Assembly: GCA_030740155.1 (NCBI GenBank)
Contig: JASLXV010000006.1
Location: 1-54,259, forward strand
DNA length: 54,259 nucleotides
Origin: Dehalococcoidia bacterium
GTDB lineage: Bacteria > Chloroflexota > Dehalococcoidia > Lucifugimonadales > UBA3495
Direction: 5' to 3'
Positions 8,334 to 18,109 of the stretch are shown here, piece after piece; the first letter of the stretch is position 1, and each line of letters begins with the position of its first letter. Position numbers and translations under genes: made by a program. Under the pieces are notes generated by a model. That model saw nothing but the letters and a program-made list of their open reading frames with translations, had not been told where the DNA came from and searched no databases.

Positions 8334-8631
8334 TCTTCCGGGAAAGTGGCCTGTAACAGCTGACCTCGAATGACGGTTTTGAGGCAACGCCCATCCGTGC
8401 CGAGGGCGCCGCCGGCCCGTCATTCCGGGTCTTGGATACCGCCGTCCCAAATCCCCGAACTTCTTCTCCCCCGCCTTGACAGGGGGATGGTTGGCGGCCT
8501 TATGGTGGGCGGGTCAGACGATCGGGCGGCCCGGAGATTGGGCTGCGGTGTAAGCAACCGGTATCGCCGCAAGCCTCCTGGGGCTATAATGGTACCCACT
8601 CGAACGTTTGAATCACGAAAGGTACTAAGCT

Positions 8632-9081
8632 ATGGAAGTTGTGTTCACTCAAGATGTCACCAACAAGGCCCACGCCGGGGAGGTGAAGCGGGTAGCTGAC
8701 GGCTATGCCCGCAACTACCTGATTCCCAGGGGACTGGCGGAGGTTGCGACCCCGGAGGTCCTGAAACGCCTGCATAAGATCAAGGCCACCGGAGACGCGA
8801 CCCGGATCCGGGAGACGCAGGTGATGGAGGATCTGGCCAAGGCTTTGACCGATGTCAGCGTTACCGTGTCGGGACGGGTCACTCCCACCGGCAGGTATTA
8901 CGGCGCGGTCAGCAGCGCCCAGGTCGCCGCCCAGCTCAGCGCCACCGTGGGGCGGGACATTGACCGGCGTCTGGTGGAGGCCGGCGAGCCCATCCGGGAG
9001 CCCGGCGAGTACGAGGTGGTCCTGCGGTTGACGAATGACATCCAAGCCACGATCCGCATCATAGCGGAGGTAGAGGAGTAG
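8632..9081 (+). CDS. rplI: 50S ribosomal protein L9
   Basis: MEVVFTQDV...GEVKRVADGYARNYLIPRGLA, GRYYGAV and PIREPGEY; 149 aa. Confidence 0.97.
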   Translation: MEVVFTQDVTNKAHAGEVKRVADGYARNYLIPRGLAEVATPEVLKRLHKIKATGDATRIRETQVMEDLAKALTDVSVTVSGRVTPTGRYYGAVSSAQVAAQLSATVGRDIDRRLVEAGEPIREPGEYEVVLRLTNDIQATIRIIAEVEE

Positions 9082-9085
9082 GCGG

Positions 9086-10456
9086 ATGTATGCGGAGCGG
9101 CTTCTTCCCCACGACCTGGAGGCGGAGGAGTCCATCGTCGGGTCGCTGTTGATCGATGGAGAATCATTTCTCAGGGTCGCTCACACGATCAAGCCGGAGG
9201 ACTTCTACCGGGAGAAGAACCAGATATGCTTCGCCGCTTGCCTCGCCCTTTTCCAGCGCGACGAGGCCATTGACCAGGTAACACTGGCGCGAGAGCTGGG
9301 CCGGACCAACCAACTGGACACAGTTGGAGGGATGGCCTACCTCAGCCACCTGGTGTCCGTCACCCCGACGTCCGCCCACTCGGAATACTACGCCCAGGCG
9401 GTAGCCCGCACCTCCACGATGCGCCGGCTCATCGACGCCGCGTCCAAGATCTCGGCCATCGGCTACCAGGATACCGAAGACGTGGATTCCACCCTTCGCC
9501 AGGCTGAAGACGTCCTGTTTCAGGTGCGTTCCGGCCAGGTGGAGAGGGGCTTCGTACCTCTCAGGCAGATCTACGACCAGTTCCTGGAAGACCGGGCAGC
9601 TATCACCGAGCCCCTGGGCCCCGGTGCCGGCCCAATAATGGCCGGCTACAACGACCTGGACGAGCTGCTGGGTGGATTGCAGCGCTCGGACCTGATAATC
9701 CTGGGGGCGCGGCCGGGCCTGGGCAAGAGCACCCTGGCGTTGAACATCTCGATGAACGCCGCCAAGACCGGTTCCTCCGTCGGCTTCTTCAGCCTAGAGA
9801 TGAGCCGGGAGCAATTGGCATTGCGAATTCTCTCCACCGAAGCTGAGGTCGACTCCCATCGCCTCCGTCTCGGCCTGTACAGCGATCCCGAAGAGCACCG
9901 GATTATCGACGCCATCGGCCACCTCTCCGAGCTGCCGGTATTTATCGACGACACCCCGTTGCAGGGCCTGATCGAGATGCGCAGCAAGGCGCGGCGGCTC
10001 TCCCTGGAACACGGCCTGGACCTGCTGGTGGTGGACTACCTTCAGCTAATCCAGGGGCGGAACCCGGGCCGCGGCGGCGAAAACCGGGTTCAGGAGATCA
10101 GTGAGATTTCCCGTTCCATGAAGGGCATGGCCCGGGACCTGCGGGTGGCCCTCCTGTGCTGCTCCCAACTCAGCCGGGGCATCGAAAACCGTCCCGGCCA
10201 CCGGCCCATGCTTTCCGACCTGCGGGACAGCGGGAGCATCGAGCAGGACTCCGACGTCGTTCTGTTCATCCACCGTGAGGACGTCTACTTCACCGAAGAG
10301 GAGTGGGAGCAGCAAAACCCGGCGCTACCCTTTCCCAAGAACATCGCCGAGATCATCGTGGGCAAGCACCGCAACGGCCCCATCGGCAGCATCAAGCTGT
10401 ACTTCCACGACAACTGGGTCAGATTCGACCCGAACCCCAAGGACGACGACTACTGA
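9086..10456 (+). CDS. dnaB: Replicative DNA helicase
   Basis: PHDLEAEES, GARPGLGKS, FSLEMS, VDYLQL, SQLSR, RPMLSDLRDSGSIEQDSD and KHRNGPIG. Confidence 0.97.
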   Translation: MYAERLLPHDLEAEESIVGSLLIDGESFLRVAHTIKPEDFYREKNQICFAACLALFQRDEAIDQVTLARELGRTNQLDTVGGMAYLSHLVSVTPTSAHSEYYAQAVARTSTMRRLIDAASKISAIGYQDTEDVDSTLRQAEDVLFQVRSGQVERGFVPLRQIYDQFLEDRAAITEPLGPGAGPIMAGYNDLDELLGGLQRSDLIILGARPGLGKSTLALNISMNAAKTGSSVGFFSLEMSREQLALRILSTEAEVDSHRLRLGLYSDPEEHRIIDAIGHLSELPVFIDDTPLQGLIEMRSKARRLSLEHGLDLLVVDYLQLIQGRNPGRGGENRVQEISEISRSMKGMARDLRVALLCCSQLSRGIENRPGHRPMLSDLRDSGSIEQDSDVVLFIHREDVYFTEEEWEQQNPALPFPKNIAEIIVGKHRNGPIGSIKLYFHDNWVRFDPNPKDDDY

Positions 10457-10458
10457 TC

Positions 10459-11211
10459 ATGGGAATCTCCGGGGGGATCTCCGGGTTTCCGCCGGGCACG
10501 CTGTACACGCCGGTGCCCAATCCGATCCTCGGTCCGCTGCTGGAGCAGGTGCAGGACTTGGCCGAGTTGAAGGTTACCCTGCGCGGCCTGTGGCTGCTGC
10601 ATCGAGCACGGGGCCAGCCCAAGGCGGTGCGCCTGACCGAGTTTCTGGGCGACCGGACTCTGCTTCGGGGGCTCCAGGGACCGGGAAAAGACCCCCGCGA
10701 AGAGATACTCCGAGGCCTCCAACTGGCAGTGGTGCGGGGGACATTTCTGCTGCACCGGCCCGGCGAAACAACCACCGAAGGTCAGGTCTACCTTCTCAAT
10801 ACCGAAACCGGCCGTAACGCCTTGCTCCGGCTGCGGCGGGACGGAGGCTTGCCTCCAGGGGACGGCCCGGGTTTACTTGAAGACTCGATGGAGGCGCCGG
10901 CAGGCGAAAAATCGAACATTTTCGGCCTGTACGAGGACAACGTGGGAACCCTATCTCCGCTTCTGGCCGAGCAACTCAAAGAGGCGGAGGAGGCCTATCC
11001 CTGGACCTGGATCAACGAGGCGTTCGCAATCGCCGTCACCGAGAACAAGAGGAGTTGGCGCTACATAGCCGGCATTCTGCGGCGATGGGCGGCCGAAGGA
11101 AAAGGCAATGGAAAGCCTGGGCGACATTCTCAAAAGGATGACCGTCAGAAACACGTCGAGGACTACGAACGGCGATGGGGCCGCACACCCGAGGAGCGAG
11201 CCGGCCGCTGA
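10459..11211 (+). CDS. DnaD domain replication protein
   Basis: N-terminal GF.P...TPVP....LL..V.DLAELKV and C-terminal NIF.LYE.N.G.LSP..AEQL...WI.EAF.IAV..N.RSWRYI..IL.RW (DnaD/DnaB_2 domain). ATG 2 nt after the dnaB stop. Confidence 0.85.
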   Translation: MGISGGISGFPPGTLYTPVPNPILGPLLEQVQDLAELKVTLRGLWLLHRARGQPKAVRLTEFLGDRTLLRGLQGPGKDPREEILRGLQLAVVRGTFLLHRPGETTTEGQVYLLNTETGRNALLRLRRDGGLPPGDGPGLLEDSMEAPAGEKSNIFGLYEDNVGTLSPLLAEQLKEAEEAYPWTWINEAFAIAVTENKRSWRYIAGILRRWAAEGKGNGKPGRHSQKDDRQKHVEDYERRWGRTPEERAGR

Positions 11212-12547
11212 CCTCTGCCCCATCTGCAAGGGCACCGGCTGGGTCAGCAAACGGGTCCACCTAGGACATCCCGACTTCGGACAAGCATTCCCGTGCCGCT
11301 GCCAGCACGCGGATGAACCAACCGCACGCCTCGCCGCCCTTCGCCGCTACAGCAACCTGGGGCCGCTGGAGCGCATCACCTTCGACGGCACCCGGCCGGA
11401 CGGCCCGCTGCCCGACGTCGGAAGCCGCAAGCTGTTCCGGCAGGCCCTCGACGCCGCCGTGGCCTTCGCCGAAAACCCCACCGGCTGGCTGACCCTAACG
11501 GGTCCCAGCGGCAGCGGCAAGACCCACCTGGCGGTGGCCGTGGCCAACCGGTCCATCGAACGCGGTCTGACCACCTTTTTCATCGTGGTGGCCGACCTCC
11601 TGGACCACCTGCGGGCGGCCTATTCTCCCGACAATCCATTATCCTACGACGAGTTGTTCGAACAGGTGCGCAACGCCCCGCTGCTGGTGCTGGACGACCT
11701 GGGGACCCAGAGCACCACCCCCTGGGCCCAGGAAAAGCTCTTCCAGGTTTTCAATCATCGTTTCAACGCCGGCCTGCCCACGGTCATCACCATCCGGGGA
11801 CCGCTGCAGCGGCTCGATGAGGGGATCCGCACCCGGATGGAGTCCGCGGAAGGGTTCTCCCGGGTGTTCCAATTGGGCCAATACAACACCCGCCTGGACC
11901 GCCGGATCGGGGACCTGCCGGAGGAGATGCGGCAGCGGATGACCTTTGCCAACTTCGATGTTCGGGGTGGCCGCAATGCTTCCCAAAAAGACCGGGAGTC
12001 ACTGCAAAGGGCCAAGCAGGCCGCCGAGACCTTTGCCACCGAACCCGAAGGGTGGCTGCTGTTCACCGGCTCCCGAGGTTCCGGCAAGACCCACCTGGCG
12101 GCGGCTGTCGCCGGAGAAAGCGTGCGCCGGGGCAGCCCGGTCTTTTTCGCTTTCGTTCCGGCCCTCCTGGACCACCTCAGGTCCACCTTCAGTCCCAACA
12201 GTCCCATCGGCTACGACGAACTCTTCGAGCAGATCAAGACGGTGCCCCTCCTGATTCTGGACGACCTGGGAGCGGAGAGCAGCACCCCGTGGGCCGAAGA
12301 GAAGCTTTACCAGATCGTGGTCCACCGCCACGAAACCCGGCTGCCCACGGTAATCACCACCGCCTTTTCGCTAGAGAAACTGGAGGAGGTCATACCCAAT
12401 ATCGCCTCCCGCTTGGTGGACAGCATGGTGGTGGACTGGGAGCCGATCACGGCCCCCAATTACCGGGACCAGCGCCGGGACCAGGGCGGCCCACCTCCCG
12501 GCGCCCGCCCACCTCGAACCAGAAGACCACCGCCGTCCCACCACTAG
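11108..12547 (+). CDS. DnaC/IstB-like helicase loader with two tandem AAA+ domains
   Basis: Zn-finger CPICKG..CRC, then two copies of Walker A GSGKTHLA, LLDHLR, Walker B LDDLG and TPWA.EKL.Q...HR. Overlaps the dnaD-like gene by 104 nt. Confidence 0.88.
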   Translation: MESLGDILKRMTVRNTSRTTNGDGAAHPRSEPAADLCPICKGTGWVSKRVHLGHPDFGQAFPCRCQHADEPTARLAALRRYSNLGPLERITFDGTRPDGPLPDVGSRKLFRQALDAAVAFAENPTGWLTLTGPSGSGKTHLAVAVANRSIERGLTTFFIVVADLLDHLRAAYSPDNPLSYDELFEQVRNAPLLVLDDLGTQSTTPWAQEKLFQVFNHRFNAGLPTVITIRGPLQRLDEGIRTRMESAEGFSRVFQLGQYNTRLDRRIGDLPEEMRQRMTFANFDVRGGRNASQKDRESLQRAKQAAETFATEPEGWLLFTGSRGSGKTHLAAAVAGESVRRGSPVFFAFVPALLDHLRSTFSPNSPIGYDELFEQIKTVPLLILDDLGAESSTPWAEEKLYQIVVHRHETRLPTVITTAFSLEKLEEVIPNIASRLVDSMVVDWEPITAPNYRDQRRDQGGPPPGARPPRTRRPPPSHH

Positions 12548-12935
12548 GGACCTGGTTCTCTTCAGGACCAGGTCCCTACGGCATCACCATCGTCACCGCC
12601 CTATCCGCTACTTCGACTAGAACCAGGTACTCGTCCTCTCCTCAAGCCCCGAGCCGCGCCTGATCCCTGATGGGCTGCGCATGAACCGTTCACCCCTTTC
12701 CGGTTGAGTTTGCCGTCACCCATAACCTCGAACCGGCCCAGCCGGGCTGAGAACCCCTACGCCGGGTCGCGCCGGGGCGAACCATCGTCGAGGATCCCGG
12801 AGGTCATCGGGCGATTCGGGGAGCTTCCTCCGGTGGGAATTAGGGGCTACCCCCTATTACTTAGCGCTGCCCGGCTCTAGCTTTAAGTATGACCGTGCAT
12901 CAACACCGGCCAGGATTCACGGTTTGGAGGTGCCT

Positions 12936-13637
12936 ATGCTTGCCTCGCGTCAGCGGGTGCTCGTCGTGGAGGACGACCAAAAGACAGCCAGCATTATCAA
13001 AGCCTACCTAGAGAAAGACAGCTACGCAGTAACTCTGGCCCATGACGGCGAGGAGGGGCTGGAAGCCGCCCGGCGCGATGCTCCGGACCTGGTGGTGCTG
13101 GACCTGCTGCTGCCCGGGCTGAACGGGCTGACCGTTTGCCGTGCCCTGCGGGCGTATTCGTCCGTGCCCATCATCATTCTGACCGCCTTGACCACCGAGC
13201 AAGACAAGCTGGCCGGCCTGGACCTTGGCGCCGACGATTATGTTACGAAGCCCTTTAGCCCCCGGGAGCTGGTGGCTCGGGTCCGCTCCGTTCTCCGCCG
13301 CACCTCCGATGAGACCTTACCGCGAAGCTCGGGGCCCCTCACGTACCGGGACCTGACGCTGAACAGCCGGGCGCAAAACGTCACCGCCCAAGGCCGGGAG
13401 GTGCACCTGACACCCACCGAGTTCAGCGTGCTACAGGTCCTGATGCAGGACCCTGGCCACCTCTTCACCAGATCCCAGCTCGTTGAGAAAGCCCTGGGCT
13501 ACGATTACGAAGGATTGGAACGGACCATCGACGTGCACATTCTGAACCTGCGGCGGAAGATCGAGTCCGGCCCCAACCGTCAAAAGTACATCATCACGGT
13601 CTACGGCAGGGGCTACAAGCTGGGTGACATGCCTTGA
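12936..13637 (+). CDS. OmpR-family response regulator
   Basis: LVVEDD, LVVLDLLLPG, GADDYVTKPFSPRELVARV, LTPTEF, RTIDVHI.NLRRK and ITVYGRGYK. GGAGGT RBS. Confidence 0.95.
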   Translation: MLASRQRVLVVEDDQKTASIIKAYLEKDSYAVTLAHDGEEGLEAARRDAPDLVVLDLLLPGLNGLTVCRALRAYSSVPIIILTALTTEQDKLAGLDLGADDYVTKPFSPRELVARVRSVLRRTSDETLPRSSGPLTYRDLTLNSRAQNVTAQGREVHLTPTEFSVLQVLMQDPGHLFTRSQLVEKALGYDYEGLERTIDVHILNLRRKIESGPNRQKYIITVYGRGYKLGDMP

Positions 13638-14999
13638 TCTACGGGCTGCGCTGGCAACTACTGCTGAGCATGGTCGCCGTAATCCTGGTGACCGTGGGCA
13701 TGACCGCGTTTTTCGCCAATCAGGCCGCCAATGCGGAGATCGAGCGCGTCCAGGGACGCGACGATGCCGTGCGCAGTCAGCAACTGGCCGACGTCCTGGC
13801 CTCCCGGTATTTCTCGACACGGGACTGGACGCAAGCGCAACAATTGGTGGATGATGCCGGAGCTTTGTACCAGCGGAGCATTCTGCTGACCGATCTGGAG
13901 GGCGTCGTAATCGCCGACAACCGGGGCAAGCTGCTCGGCCGGCGTTTGGAACTCGACCCGCGCAGCCGGTCAACGACTCCGGTGTTTGGGCCGGAGGGCC
14001 GGCTCGGAACTCTGATCATCGATCCCAACCTTCCCCCTGGGGCCAGGTCGGCGGTAAAAAGCGGCCTGGAGTCCTCCGGCCCCTCCCTGAACGTGCTCCT
14101 GATCCTCAGCGGACTGCTAGCGGCGGCGGTGGCCATGGTGTTGACCTTCTTCCTGTCCCGGCGCGTTGTGGCGCCGGTGGAGTCCTTGGCGAAGGTGGCC
14201 CAATCGGTAGCCCAGCGTGATTTTTCGGTCCGGGCCGAGGTCAAATCTCGAGATGAAGTGGGGGAGTTGTCCCGCATCTTCAACTCGATGATCGAGGAAC
14301 TTTCCAGCACCGAAGAGTTACGCCGCAACTTGGTGGCCGACCTGGCTCACGAGCTACGCACCCCGGTCACCAACATCCAGGGTTACATCGAAGGCATCGC
14401 CGATGGGGTCATGACGCCCGACACCACCACCCTGGCTCCGATGCATGACGAGGTTATATTGCTGGCCCGGCTGATAGACGACCTTCAAGACCTGGCCCTG
14501 GCTGAGTCGGGGCACTTGCCCTTCCTGTGGCAATCCTGTGAACTGGGCGGCATCGCCCAGCGGGCCCTGGCCGCCGTGCAACAGAGGGCCCAAGCCAGGC
14601 AGATAACCCTCCGGGTAGACGTGCCGGCCGAGCTTCCGTTACAGGCAGACCCGGAGCGGATCAGCCAGGTCCTGCGCAACCTGCTGGTGAACGCGGTGGA
14701 GTACACCCCCCCCCGGCGGCCAGGTTTCGCTCCTGGCCTGGGAGCACGGCCCGGTGATTCAGCTGGCGGTCCGGGATACCGGCCCGGGCATTCCAGAGAG
14801 GGACCTGCCCTACATCTTCGAGCGCTTCTACCGGGTCGACAAGTCGAGGTCCCGGGCCACCGGAGGCGTCGGACTCGGCTTGACCATCGCCCGGCGGCTG
14901 GTTGAGGCCCACGGGGGCAACATTGAGGCCCGCAGTGAGCCGGGCCAAGGCACCGAATTCATGGTCCGCCTTCCCCGGAACGGCGTGGCCCTAGGTTAG
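13634..14999 (+). pseudogene. HAMP sensor histidine kinase (BaeS-like), frameshifted at a poly-C tract
   Basis: Two TM segments, HAMP, AHELRTP and N-box NLLVNAVEYTP in one frame. The G-boxes (DTGPGI, FERFYRVDKSRSRATGGVGLGL) are in another frame after C9 at 14706-14714. Removing one C restores a full-length kinase. Confidence 0.88.
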
Positions 15000-15271
15000 C
15001 GGGGGAAGCGGGCCGCCCCCCACCGTCCCCGGATAACCCAATCAAGCTCACCGTTCCTCTCCCTCCCCGTATCTGCGCCTGCCAAATGCCGGGCGCCATG
15101 CCTTCAAGACTTGCTGCCTCCATGCCCGGCCCAATGGGGTTTCCCTCTGAGATTAGCCTTTCCCAGCCCTTTTGAACGGCAACGTTCCACGCCCAGCCAG
15201 GTTCGGGATTCTAGACGCCAGGGTTTTGCCATTGCGATCATGCTGGAACTCGGCGAAATCTCGCCGCCGGT

Positions 15272-15288
15272 CTTCAAAATTCCTTCAC
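15272..15288 (+). promoter_or_regulatory. Putative OmpR-family tandem binding site
   Basis: CTTCAA-N5-CTTCAC direct repeat with 11-bp period, upstream of the 15376 operon. Confidence 0.45.
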
Positions 15289-15375
15289 ACTATGGTGTCA
15301 GAATAATACCCAACGAGTACTCGTAGGCGAATCCATGAAATCGATGAACCAGATATTGATCGGAAAGGAGAGGAG

Positions 15376-15864
15376 GTGGCTAAGATGAGGAAACGGTGGT
15401 TGTTCGCCCCCCTATTAGTGGGTTTGATGGCTCTGGCCCTCGGCGCTGGGGCGGTGATGGCCCAAGGGGACGGCGAGGATGGCTCCTCGGGGGCCAAGAC
15501 CTTCGCCAGCCGCCTGGCGGCAATCCTGGGCCTGGATGAAGGCCAGGTTCAGGACGCTATGACCCAAGCGAAAGGAGAAGCCCAAGAAGAGCGCTTTCAG
15601 ATGAAGCTGGACCGCATGGTGGAGCAAGGCAGGATCACCCAGGAACAAGCAGATGAGAAATCCGAGTGGTTCGAAGCCAGGCCCGACGGGGTGATGCCCA
15701 AGTTCCAATCCCGCGGACACGGCAGGCACGGTGGGTTCGGCGGCCGGATGCCCGGTCACCATTTCTTCAAGGGGTTCAAGTTCTCTCATCCCGCGCCGGA
15801 AGAGGGGACGGGGCAAAGCTACTCCGGAAGCAGCTTGCCGGCAGACCCCTTGCTCGCTTATTAG
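15376..15864 (+). CDS. Secreted helical hypothetical protein (possible stress/chaperone-like)
   Basis: Strong RBS GGAGAGGAG, Sec signal peptide (AVMA-Q), helical core LAAILGLDE..V..A and V..G.ITQEQADE, and a Gly/His/Arg-rich tail. Confidence 0.75.
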   Translation: MAKMRKRWLFAPLLVGLMALALGAGAVMAQGDGEDGSSGAKTFASRLAAILGLDEGQVQDAMTQAKGEAQEERFQMKLDRMVEQGRITQEQADEKSEWFEARPDGVMPKFQSRGHGRHGGFGGRMPGHHFFKGFKFSHPAPEEGTGQSYSGSSLPADPLLAY

Positions 15865-15896
15865 CTAGCGATTTACACCCAGCGCCGGATCTTCAA

Positions 15897-15923
15897 TGCT
15901 GGAAGGGGCTTGACCCCTTCCGG
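15897..15923 (+). terminator. Hairpin (terminator or attenuator) after the secreted-protein gene
   Basis: GCTGGAAGGGG-CTTGA-CCCCTTCCGGT stem-loop with a weak U tract. Confidence 0.4.
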
Positions 15924-16008
15924 TAATAGATTTGGTCCGGCATCCTGCTGCCCCCGGACTCCTGTAAAATGGGGGTGGAACCCGGTGAGCCCGATTCGCG
16001 GAGAACCT

Positions 16009-16698
16009 GTGGACAATACAGTCCTCATCGTGGAAGACGACCCTGAGACGGTGGAGTTGGTGAGCCTTTACCTGCGCCGGGACGGGTACACCGTGCTGTC
16101 GGCGCCGGACGGGCTGGAGGGACTGAGGCTCGCCAGGGAAGCGCAGCCGGACTTGGTGATTCTGGACCTCATGCTGCCCCGGCTGGATGGAATGCAGGTG
16201 GGTCGCATCCTCCGGGAGGAGACGGACGTTCCAATCATCATGCTCACCGCCCGGGTGGATGAAGCAGACCGGCTCGCCGGGTTGGAACTGGGCGCCGATG
16301 ACTACGTGACCAAGCCCTTCAGCCCGCGGGAGCTGGCCGCCCGGGTCAAAGCCGTGCTCCGCCGCAGCGCCAACGACCCCATTGGCCAGGGACCACCTCA
16401 GTTGGTTTACAACCGACTGACCGTGGACCTGCGCAACCGGTCGGTCCACGTCGGCGAAACGCGGGTGGGGGTGACTCCCACCGAGTTCCGGCTACTGGCC
16501 ATGATGGTCCGGGAGCCGGCGAGAGTATTCACCCGGGACCAGATCATCGACCGGGTGTTCGGCTACGAATTCGAGGGCTTCGACCGCACCGTCGACACCC
16601 ACGTTTCCAGCCTGCGCCGGAAGTTGGAGCCGGTCATGGATAACCGGCGGCACATCCACACCGTATATGGAGTGGGTTACAGGTTCGGCGATGAGTAG
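16009..16698 (+). CDS. OmpR-family response regulator
   Basis: LIVEDD, LVILDLMLP, GADDYVTKPFSPRELAARV, TPTEF, RTVDTHVSSLRRK and HTVYGVGYRF. Confidence 0.95.
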   Translation: MDNTVLIVEDDPETVELVSLYLRRDGYTVLSAPDGLEGLRLAREAQPDLVILDLMLPRLDGMQVGRILREETDVPIIMLTARVDEADRLAGLELGADDYVTKPFSPRELAARVKAVLRRSANDPIGQGPPQLVYNRLTVDLRNRSVHVGETRVGVTPTEFRLLAMMVREPARVFTRDQIIDRVFGYEFEGFDRTVDTHVSSLRRKLEPVMDNRRHIHTVYGVGYRFGDE

Positions 16699-18082
16699 AT
16701 GGTTTTTCAGCCTGCAATTCCGGTTGGTGTTGGGGTTCGCCCTGGTGCTGGCACTAGCCTTGGGCGGCGTCAGTTGGTACGTTGGATTCGCGGCGCAGCA
16801 GGAGACGGACCGGTTCCAGCGTGAGGTTGAGGAGGCCAGAGCCGCCCGTGTTGAACTCATCGTCTCCCGTTACTACGCCGCCCGCAAGGGGTGGTTGGGG
16901 ATTCAGCCCGTCCTGGAGCGGGCCGGCTCCCTCTACGGGTGGCACATCGCGGTCAGCGACTTGCAGGGTCAAATGGTGGCGGAATCCCACCATCCGGCCG
17001 GCAGCATCAAAGGCGGGCCCAAGCGCCGGACCCGGTTCTTCCCGGTACTCAGCCGCGGGGAGCGAGTGGGCTCCATTTTGGTGGCTCCCAGCGACGGGCC
17101 GGAAATTGCCCCTGAGCCACCTCTGTCCCGGCTGGTCTCCACTACGAACCGGTCACTGCTCTGGACCGGCCTGGCAGCAGGGGCCGCGGGGGTAATGCTG
17201 GTCGGGCTGCTGTCCCGGCGGGTGCTGGCTCCGGCCAGAGGCCTGAGCGCGGCAGCCCGGCGCCTGGGCCGGGGCGACCTTTCGCAGCGCGTGTCCACCA
17301 CGGGACGGAACGAAATCAGCCAGCTGGCCCACACCTTCAACTCCATGGCCGAAGACCTGGAGCGGGCGGAGGGGCAGCGCCGGAGCTTGATGGCCGACGT
17401 GGCCCACGAACTCAGGACCCCTCTGTCCAATATCCAGGGCTACCTGGAAGCCGTGCACGATGGGCTGCTCCAGCCCGACACCACCACCATGGATACGATC
17501 TACCAGCAGGTACTGCACCTGACCCGGCTGGTGGAAGACCTGAGCCTCCTCGCCCTGGCGGAGGCGGGAGCCCTCACCCTGAGCTTGCAACCGGATTCCC
17601 TGGAAGACGTGCTCCGGCGGGCGGTGGAGCCGTTCCGTCCCCGAGCCGAGGCCAAGGGGGTCGCCCTCTCCCTGGAGATCCCTCCCCGGCTTCCCCTGGT
17701 GCAGATGGACCGGACCCGGATCGCCCAGGTGGTGGCCAACCTGGTGGAGAACGCTATCGTCCACACCCCGGAGGGCGGCCGGGTAACGGTGTCGGCGGAG
17801 ATGACGGCGCCGGAAAGCCGGGCCGCGGCCAGGATCACCGTGGCCGACACCGGGGAGGGCCTGAACCCGGAAGACCTGCCCCTGGTTTTCGAGCGCTTCT
17901 ACCGCGTGGACCGCTCCCGGACCCGGAGCACCGGAGGCGCCGGCCTTGGGCTAACCATTGCCAAGCAGCTGGTGGAGGCCCACGGGGGCGCCATCGGCGC
18001 GGAGAGCGTCAAGGGTCAGGGAAGCCGGTTTGTTTTCGAGCTGCCAATCGCCCACCCATCGGCAGAGCCGGATGTCCGGTAG
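16691..18082 (+). CDS. HAMP sensor histidine kinase (BaeS-like)
   Basis: Two TM segments, HAMP, AHELRTP, NLVENA, DTGEG and FERFYRVDRSR.R.TGGAGLGL. Confidence 0.95.
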   Translation: MSRWFFSLQFRLVLGFALVLALALGGVSWYVGFAAQQETDRFQREVEEARAARVELIVSRYYAARKGWLGIQPVLERAGSLYGWHIAVSDLQGQMVAESHHPAGSIKGGPKRRTRFFPVLSRGERVGSILVAPSDGPEIAPEPPLSRLVSTTNRSLLWTGLAAGAAGVMLVGLLSRRVLAPARGLSAAARRLGRGDLSQRVSTTGRNEISQLAHTFNSMAEDLERAEGQRRSLMADVAHELRTPLSNIQGYLEAVHDGLLQPDTTTMDTIYQQVLHLTRLVEDLSLLALAEAGALTLSLQPDSLEDVLRRAVEPFRPRAEAKGVALSLEIPPRLPLVQMDRTRIAQVVANLVENAIVHTPEGGRVTVSAEMTAPESRAAARITVADTGEGLNPEDLPLVFERFYRVDRSRTRSTGGAGLGLTIAKQLVEAHGGAIGAESVKGQGSRFVFELPIAHPSAEPDVR

Positions 18083-18109
18083 TCAAACGAGAAAAGGGGT
18101 CAACTGACC

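Noticed and set aside
8264..8460. TPP riboswitch upstream of tenA
   Set aside because: No CUGAGA/ACCUG core motifs, and the promoter leaves only about 35 nt of leader.
11108..12547. IS21 IstB helper ATPase
   Set aside because: No IstA transposase or terminal repeats, and it is embedded in a core replication operon.
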